Shown here piece by piece: positions 40,173-64,000 of a stretch of DNA of 64,000 nt. Location of the stretch: NCBI GenBank assembly GCA_963693365.1, contig CAVNZM010000003.1, positions 9,251,019-9,315,018 of the forward strand. The letters run 5' to 3'. Numbering within the stretch: position 1 is the stretch's first letter; each line of letters begins with the position of its first letter. Source of the stretch: Amoebidium appalachense (Eukaryota; Protista; Ichthyosporea). Under the pieces are notes generated by a model, which did not search any database, had not been told where the DNA came from, and was given only the letters and a program-made list of their open reading frames with translations. The position numbers and the translations under genes were made by a program.

Positions 40173-41714
40173 AATAAAAAAAATAAAAAAATAAGCATAC
40201 TCTGTGTGTGTTGCAATCAGCGCTGTGCTGTCGGTCATGAATGTGTGCTTTAGAGCTTAGCATATCCCCCCCCCCCGGCCTTTCCCACTGCCCTTGCCTG
40301 CATAAGCAACCCTGCTCGTCTCTGATCAAGACGGGTGACCTACTCATGTTCAAGTGAAACAGTATCTGAGTTGGGTTTCGTTAACGAGGGGAATAGGTCG
40401 AAACTCGGGTACTGTGGATGACGTGGGCCCCCCCTGAGGATGGGCTCTGCTTATTATGCATACTCTTTATGTATGGCTTGCATTCTGCATCGTGTTATCC
40501 GTTTGTTCTTGTGTACTTCGTACTCTTTGACGCATTCAAACCCCCCCCCCCCCCCCCTCCCCCCAAAAGACACGTGGACTCACATATTGCTGTTGAAACA
40601 AAATATGGGTTTGGAACCATGCACGAGAGGTTAAAGATTCGAAACCCATGCTTTTGTGGAGGCATAGGAACCCCCCTGATGATGGGCTCTGTTCACGTGT
40701 CTTCTGCCTACTGCACGCTTCTCATTTTTGCGGTGTTTTTGTTGTTGCTCTTTGTTGTCTCCTCCATATTTCCAACCCTCTAACACATACATCACCCCTC
40801 CCCCTCCCCCTCCCCCGGGTACTGTGGATGACGTGGCCCCCCCTGAGGATGGGCTCTGCTTATTATGCATACTCTTTATGTATGGCTTGCATTCTGCATC
40901 GTGTTATCCGTTTGTTCTTGTGTACTTCGTACTTTTTGACGCATTCAACCCCCCCCCCCCCCCCCCAGCTGTTGGGGGGCGTAAGATGGGTTCTTTATAC
41001 AGTGTCTCTTTCCCTTCAGGTCCTTTATCTCTTTTTTTACGTTTCTCCAGTCCTGTATGTACACAGCTTTGCTTCTTTTTATAGCAACTTTCTACCCTCG
41101 AACGTGCACCCCCCTCCCCCCCCCCCCCTATAGACACACACAGAAACCGACACAAGAGCAATATGTGATCGAGAAATTGAATTCTGGGTTTTGCAGTGGC
41201 AAAGTCCAAGAGAGATCACATCTTCTGGGGCAGCTTCGTGGGGCACACGGCAAATTCAGGCATTTGGCCGAGTTCAACATCATTATTAGGAATGTGGTGA
41301 CGCGGGTGAGGGATGGGAACATCAGCGTGGCTACGTATGAGGAGTGGCAGACAGGGTGGGTATATGGGGTTTTTGTCCTGGTTAAAGTGTGGCCGAAATT
41401 GTGGTTTGGTGGGGGTTTATGAAACAAAGCGGTTTCTCCGAGTAACGGCTAGGAAAAGTTTGGGGGTTCTTCAGCTACGCAAGGGGTGATGGGGAGGGAG
41501 ACATGGGGGGGGGATGGGCCCGGGTTGGAGGGTGGGTGTATGTGTGTTTTTTGGGAGGGGGGCTTGGCAGTAGTAGGATATAGGGTAGTCATTTAGAAGG
41601 GAGATGGTAGGGGCAGAGAACGGGAGTGGGGTGTTTTAAGGCCAGAGGAAGGCCGGAGAACCATCCCCCCCCCCCCCCCCCCCCCCCCCTCCTCTTTTGC
41701 TTAGACACACACAT

Positions 41715-41763
<49 letters not shown>

Positions 41764-41849
41764 GGGAAGGAGAGACGAGGGAGAGAGCGAAAGGGAATTG
41801 AAGGGAGACCGAGAGAACGAGGGAGGGGAGGGGGGCAGAGAGAGAGAGA

Positions 41850-41880
<31 letters not shown>

Positions 41881-42146
41881 AGTAATAGAGGTACGTAAGA
41901 ATGTGTCTACTTGAGGAATTCACGTGAGGGTTTGCGCATACAAACACAAGCTCACACCACCCACAGAAGCTGGTTGTGCACGGACAACATGCACCCGTTA
42001 GTGCTTGGATAATTGCACGTTTGTTCGCAGGCACACACACACAGAGAGTGAGAGAGAGAGAGGCGGCCGTACAGACACACGTGGGCTTGCACTACAACGG
42101 GTTACCAAGTGACCTCACCTTCCGCGCTGCAACATAACCATCCTCG

Positions 42147-42193
<47 letters not shown>

Positions 42194-42395
42194 CCCCGCC
42201 TTCCCCCTCCGAATAAATGCAGGCTTTTTTGTTAACCGCCTGTTGACACCTCGCAGGGTACCTCCCGGGACAGAAACGGCACGTCATTCCACTGCTGTTT
42301 TGCGGAAAGATCCGTCACGACAATACGGGCTGGTGTGGGTGCACTGCCACGAAACATGGTCCCATCCCCCGGCGTTGCAGTTTGGCAATGCGTAA
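38381..42395 (+). CDS. NTF2/SnoaL-like fold protein (DUF4440 / S6PP C-terminal-like); exons 38381-38562, 41197-41355, 42257-42395
   Basis: Spliced in frame: EICLLHQRFVDWYNG..FEKSMTPEFCFVGPSGKVQERSHLLGQLRGAHG..FNIIIRNV..VATYEEWQT..ARHSTAVLRKD..GLVWVHCHETW. The motif series is typical of small prokaryotic DUF4440-like proteins (recognised from memory, not searched). Confidence 0.8.
39693..40948 (+). mobile_element. head-to-tail cluster of poly(C)-tailed repeats: A 39693-40137, A 40271-40540, C 40561-40783, A 40816-40948
   Basis: Successively 5'-truncated A copies share the same 3' end CATTCAA(A)(C)n. All lie in intron 1 of the NTF2-like gene. Confidence 0.9.
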
Positions 42396-42599
42396 ATTCT
42401 CCATTCTACCTACCTGACTTCAGAGTCCCGATCTACGTTCACACTTGCCTAGTATGATCAACAAAAACACATACAAAAATGTGTGCCTATTATCAACCAG
42501 CAATGGGCAGAACGTTGACAGAAATGAAGACATCTTGGAACACAACGCTCATCTCCTTTTCCCCCCCCCCCTCCCCCCCCCTCCACACACACACAAACA

Positions 42600-42669
<70 letters not shown>

Positions 42670-43455
42670 CACACACACACACACACACACACAACACACA
42701 AACACACACAGGGTGGAAAAAATAACAACAAAAATGTTTTCTTCTCAATACCACCACTTTACCACTTATTCCAATCTCTCTCTGCTGAGATTATTTCCTG
42801 CGCATTGCCAAGGTAAGGCATACGATTTCACCTTAAACCTCTCTAGTATTGTCTCAGATTATCAATGCAGACAGTCTAATTATGAAAGAAATGAGTAGCA
42901 GAATGTGTTGGTTTTGTTGCATTGTCCGGTTAACGTTATTGGAAGATATCACATATAACAAATAGTATGTCCGTATGCACCCTTCCAACATTTTTATATG
43001 TGGTACTTCGCAATTCGGATATTTGATGGTGTGTGTGTTGTGCACGTGGGTGGGAGAGTGAACCTGGGTAGTATATATCGGCGTTTTTGTGTAAATATAC
43101 GGATTTGCCAACGAATTATGGAGACATACAGTTAGGTACAACGGTATTTCGTAGGTTAGAAAGTGAGGTTGCAACAAAGACGATTTTACATTGATGAAGC
43201 GAGTCGGACGTCCAAACAAAGAATATTATTGAGGAATTGTGATCCCTCAACTTGTCCGCGCTCTCTTCCTGGTCTGCGTCTCCGGGAAAATATGAAGTAC
43301 CCCCCCACACCACCACACGCACACACACACGTACACACATCACACACACCACCATCACCACCACCACCACGTGAGCAAAAAGAAAAAAAAGAAAGAAAAA
43401 AAAAGAAAAAGGGAAAAAAAAACATCCCTTACACACACATGTACGCGTTCGCGCG

Positions 43456-43514
<59 letters not shown>

Positions 43515-43655
43515 ACACACAGACACAGACAGAACACACACAGACACAGACAGAACACACACGAAACAAACAACATAACCAAAAAAAAACCGTACCTCCG
43601 TATCGTACGGTCACGGTGACCGCCGCTGTCATGGCATTCCCTGTACACGTAACAT

Positions 43656-43690
<35 letters not shown>

Positions 43691-44569
43691 CTTTCACGTC
43701 ATCCGCTTTTCTTTTTCAATTGACGATCGCGATCTCTTTGCGATCAAATTTCGCGTTGTTGCCGATCGCGATCGCGAACGGATTCGAGCTTCGGTCATCG
43801 CTCTCTACGGGTTGTGTGAGCTGAAACTCTATTTTAGACAGAACTCTCCGCCGAGGGAGCTGGCAAGATATCATTCGGCATTCGGAGAAAAACACGGCAA
43901 TGAGACGGAATTATGGTGCTGTTGAGTTGGAGTAGTTGTTCTCTGCCATTAGCAGGAGGATTTTAGGGAGTTTACAGGTGTGCTTGTGCCCTTGAAAGGG
44001 TAAGTGTGTGTGTACAGATGTGGATCAATCACCAGTCTAGGGGTGCTAGGTGTTGTTTGGCGACGGAACATGGTGGTGCCCATGGTCCTCCTAAGATTGA
44101 AAAGGCAGTGACTGGTGGTAGTTTGCCTAAAAGTTCTTGCGTGTGTGTGTGTGTTTGTGTGAGTATGTGTGTACGTGTGTGTGTGTGTGTGTGTTGCTAT
44201 GTGTGTTCGTGTTTTAGGAGGGGAGGGAGTGTGTGTGTTTACATGCGTCTGGGAAGGGGGTGTGGGGGGGACAATGACCTTGAGGCGGCGAGGGGAAACA
44301 CGCCATTAGTATTAAAAAGAGATGTTTGCTCAACTCCATGGGGTGTTTATGTTGCCAAACATTCTGGGATTGCGTTGGTCTCGTTAGGCCTCGTTTATGG
44401 TGGGTTTGGGAGCGGATTGGAGGATCTTTAAGGCCCCATACATGGGCAAGGTAAACAAATTACCCCTGCCAACAAACACGGAAGACGAAGGTCACATGGG
44501 CAATACACCCCCCTAGGGGTACCCTTCTAAGTGCCTTGCTTTTACCTGGCAGGCTGTATTATCTTCACC

Positions 44570-60270
<15,701 letters not shown>

Positions 60271-61110
60271 CAAACGGCGATGATGGAAACGGTGTCCTTC
60301 TTATTAGGTCGCCCATCGATGTACTTCTGAATAGTTTAAAGATGCCCGATCGATTTTTATCATACCGAATATGGTGTTCGGCAGGGGAGTTATACAGTAC
60401 TCACAGTGTCTACAGGCGGCGGCAAATGCGTTTGATGGCTTTTCGTTGCCTTTTCGATATGCTGCAACATCCACAATTTTTCCAACGAATGCATCCGAAT
60501 TTCTGTTCTTGTGATTTCCATTTTTTTTTTTTTTTTTTGAAGGCAATTCAAGAATTATCCACATCGCTGAACGAAATTACCGAGGCCCACACCAGTTCAA
60601 TATCAACATGTAATACCTAAAAATTTTCGACAAGAACTTTCCTTCGAATCCGAAGTGGGTGCATCTACCGTATTATGCCGTGTGTTGGAGTGTGGCAATC
60701 CCAAGCCTGCAGCTGGATCCATCTACTACGGCAACTGCGGGATGGGCTCCGGCGAGTGAGCGAGTTTTCAGCAAACGGTAAAGAATGCGCGGGGACTGGT
60801 GTCTTCGTGCGCACAGTGTGTTCTGAATCCGTCTCCCGTTTTCTAGCTCCTTCTAGGCATCAGAGGGCTCGGCCTGGGGGGTAGGCGGTGCTTGCACGTG
60901 TACAGCTGCCACGGCTGGGGGGGGGGGGGGGGGGGGGGGGGGGAGGGGGGGAGGGGGGCACAGAAGCAAGACATGATTAAGTGTGTTTTTATGGAGAGGG
61001 AGAGGCAGAGGGGTATAGTGGCTGTGCATGTCAATGTAATCATAAGAGAGGGGGTTCGAGAGTCTCGGCGCCAAAGAGATAATGAGCGCGCGCACACACA
61101 TGGGGGAGGG

Positions 61111-61187
<77 letters not shown>

Positions 61188-61348
61188 GGGGGGGGGGGGG
61201 GGGGAGGTTGACAATATGGCTGACTTTTGACTCATCGACAATGCACACACTTGTGGTACGGTAGTCTATCAATCGGTACAGTATACGGACGTCCTTTTCT
61301 GACTAACTGGTGGCCGACTGCCTTTTTTTGGTCCTTCTACATCTCCCT

Positions 61349-61412
<64 letters not shown>

Positions 61413-61439
61413 CCTCCCTCCCTCTCTCTCTCCCTCTCT

Positions 61440-61516
<77 letters not shown>

Positions 61517-62981
61517 GATTTAGGCTATTCAAGGCTTATTTCAAGCCCTGAATTATGGTCAGGCTTTTAATTGGTCGCCGCCATTTGTCCAATTGGCAAG
61601 GCTCTTCGTACAGCAGGGTGCGAAACGGAATGGAGAAGTGGAGGGGGTTGATGTTGTTGTTCTTGTTGTATCTATTTGTTAAGGATTCGCAAGTATAAAT
61701 ACGCTACCGCACATCAGGTGTTAATTCACTTCTGTCATGGTATATACATAACCGCCAATTCTCGTCTCGTGTACATCATGCGCAGCGCATTTGTCATGAA
61801 CATTCCTGAGTGAACGATTCCTCCCCCGGCCGGCCCGTGGCCGGCTCCCGGGCGGCGGGCCACAGACCGCGGTATCATTGGCGATATCCTGTAAGCACAA
61901 TCGTCGTTAACGATTTTTTTTCCAACAGTTGTATATATGTAGTGCTTTTTTCTTTTTGTTTGTTATAAAACAAATTAGTGCTACTTCTTTTTTTTTTTTT
62001 TTGGATTCGCTGGTCGTATTTTTCACCTATCCAATGTACACAACAGAGGGCGCATATAGGCTATAGCACCGTAACAGTTCACGTACGTTCAGGGTGTGAA
62101 ATTGAGCATCACTTGACTTTAAGGACAAAATTTGTCGACCTCGACAGAACGTCCAAACGCCTAATGCCTGAAGCCCTTTCGAAAAAACGCCTTTGCAGAA
62201 AAGCTTGACAGTAGCTCTTATTTTTCCAGGCCGACAATACTTTCCCTCCGAAGTGACTGATCACGGTGCCAACTCATGCGCTTGACTCGCCAGAGTCGGC
62301 TTGGTCATAACGGTGGCTCAGGCCTCTGTCGTACGTGGCTAGTAGGAAGGGCGATGCAGTGTAGTCAAAACATCCGAGTTTGACTTTCGCTTCTAGGCGA
62401 ATGCAGCTTCGAAGATGGTGCCCTCAAACACGACTTTGAAACTCACAAGCAGGCCCACCCCGAGTGGTACTGGCAGCCAGCTACGGGTACAAACCCAATA
62501 ATGTAGGTGGCCCTCCAATTTAGCAGTTTTTCACGTTATGTATGCTGTCTTATGCAAGTGTGTGTCTCCGAGTCCCCTTAAATTTACAACAATATTCAGA
62601 AGTTCAGGACATACAGTTTGAGGTCCCTGAAACCCTTTTTTCGTTGTGGTTTAATTCGTAATTTAGCTTGGAGAACCACTATTTTACGATACAGGCCACA
62701 GTAAGTTCAAAGACAGCTTTGTGCCACAACCTTCAGTTCAAGTTGGGTAACAGTTGGCTAAATATTGCTCGTTGATGTGCATTTTCGTTGATGTGTATCA
62801 CAACATGATGTTTAATAAGTAACAACTAGTTGGTAAGTTTAGTAACAACTAGTTGCCGTGCACGATGCTGGTGCGTGCACAACTATTTTTTATGTGGCTT
62901 TGTTTTGAATGGTGCAAAAATGACGCATAAACATTACCAAACTACGTGTTCTGACCTTGCGCATTTTTCCTACCCACGCAG

Positions 62982-64000
62982 CGCATTTTTCCAGCGCATC
63001 TTCTACAACCCCTTCTACTACGTGCGCCGTGTGCAGGACAACTTTGGCTGGCAGTTCCTCGTTCTGCTCATATCGGCCTACTTCTGCATTAAGGGCTACC
63101 TGTACCGGGGCTCGTCAACACCAGCCAGCTGCCCATGTTTGTCAAAAAAATGGGTGTGGACGCACAGGCGTACCAAACTTTCGGCAGTGTTGCCTTTATG
63201 CCCATGACTCTCAAACCACCGATGGGCATGTTGTCTGACATTGTCCCCATTGCCGGCTACTTCAAGAAGTGGTGGATTTTCATTGCCTCCCTCGCGGGGG
63301 GCATTTCCATTCCTCTGATTGGTGCCATTGATTTCGGTGCGGATGCAGGCGTGGTTGTTGCGATGATGTATTTCCTCACTATGTGGGAGGTAGCCATGGT
63401 CGATCTTCTAATAGAGGGCCGCTATGCCGCCGTGATGGTGGCCCATCCCGAGACATCCTCCGACGTACTTACGTGGGTTTGAGCCAATTTCTATCTCGGC
63501 CAGCTGGCGGTTACATGGGTCGTGGGCCCACTGGGCGACAAGTACTCGGAGACCAGAAACGACTGGTACATTAAGGGCATGTTCTTTGTTTCTTTCCCCT
63601 TTGCCATCCAGATCTGCGTGCCTCTGCTACTCAACTGTCTGGGCGAGACGCCGCTTCCTCCCCACCAGCACGGTATCCAGGTGGAGAAGTGGAAGAAGCA
63701 CATCAAGGTGTTCCAACTGGCCATCATCATGGGTGTCGGCGCTGCCGGCCTTACCATTATCTCATTGGTCAACAACAATTATTGGCGCCCGACGCTTGCT
63801 GCAAAGTCCCCGTATCTCGCGCAAATCGTTGTATTTGTGTACGCGGTGGCCACGTCGTTGCTTGTCATTGTTTGCAGCTTCTACATGCTCCCTAAAACGG
63901 TGGCCAAGGCACACCTATACATGTTCCTCGCGGCCGCTACATACATCGATGTTAAGGGTGTCATGGACATTTTCTACACCGGTGGCCCCAAGTGCATCCC
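62982..64000 (+). CDS. BT1-family folate/biopterin transporter (MFS), partial
   Basis: AYFCIKG..QLPMF..YQTFGSVAFMPMTLKPPMGMLSDIVPIAGYFKKWW..EVAMVDLLIEGRYA..SDVLTWV, then further hydrophobic segments to the window end. One slip at the G-run ~63107 and an in-frame TGA at 63480. Confidence 0.85.

Overview
Eukaryotic (probably protist) genomic DNA with canonical GT-AG introns. It is saturated with poly(C)/poly(G) tracts and (CA)n/(CT)n microsatellites, so most ORFs in the supplied track (poly-Pro, poly-Gly, HT/CV repeats) are artefacts. Genes reconstructed by hand: a piggyBac-like transposase (-, runs off the left edge), an orphan terminal exon, a MYND+SET protein, a PIF/Harbinger remnant with a Myb/SANT-like ORF, an F-box/LRR protein, a C-terminal MYND-finger protein, SMG9 (-), a prokaryote-like NTF2/SnoaL-fold protein, a ~16-exon gene joining a Ctk3/CID-like N-terminus to an Eyes-absent (EYA) HAD phosphatase, and a BT1 folate/biopterin transporter. 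Many coding exons carry 1-nt slips, mostly in homopolymers, which are most likely long-read errors. The most striking signal is a family of 5'-truncated retroposon-like repeats that end in ...CATTCAAA(C)n and lie in the sense orientation of their host genes. Three subfamilies share a covarying RNA fold containing all hammerhead-ribozyme core motifs (GUH, CGAAAC, CUGANGA) in a non-canonical, pseudoknotted order.
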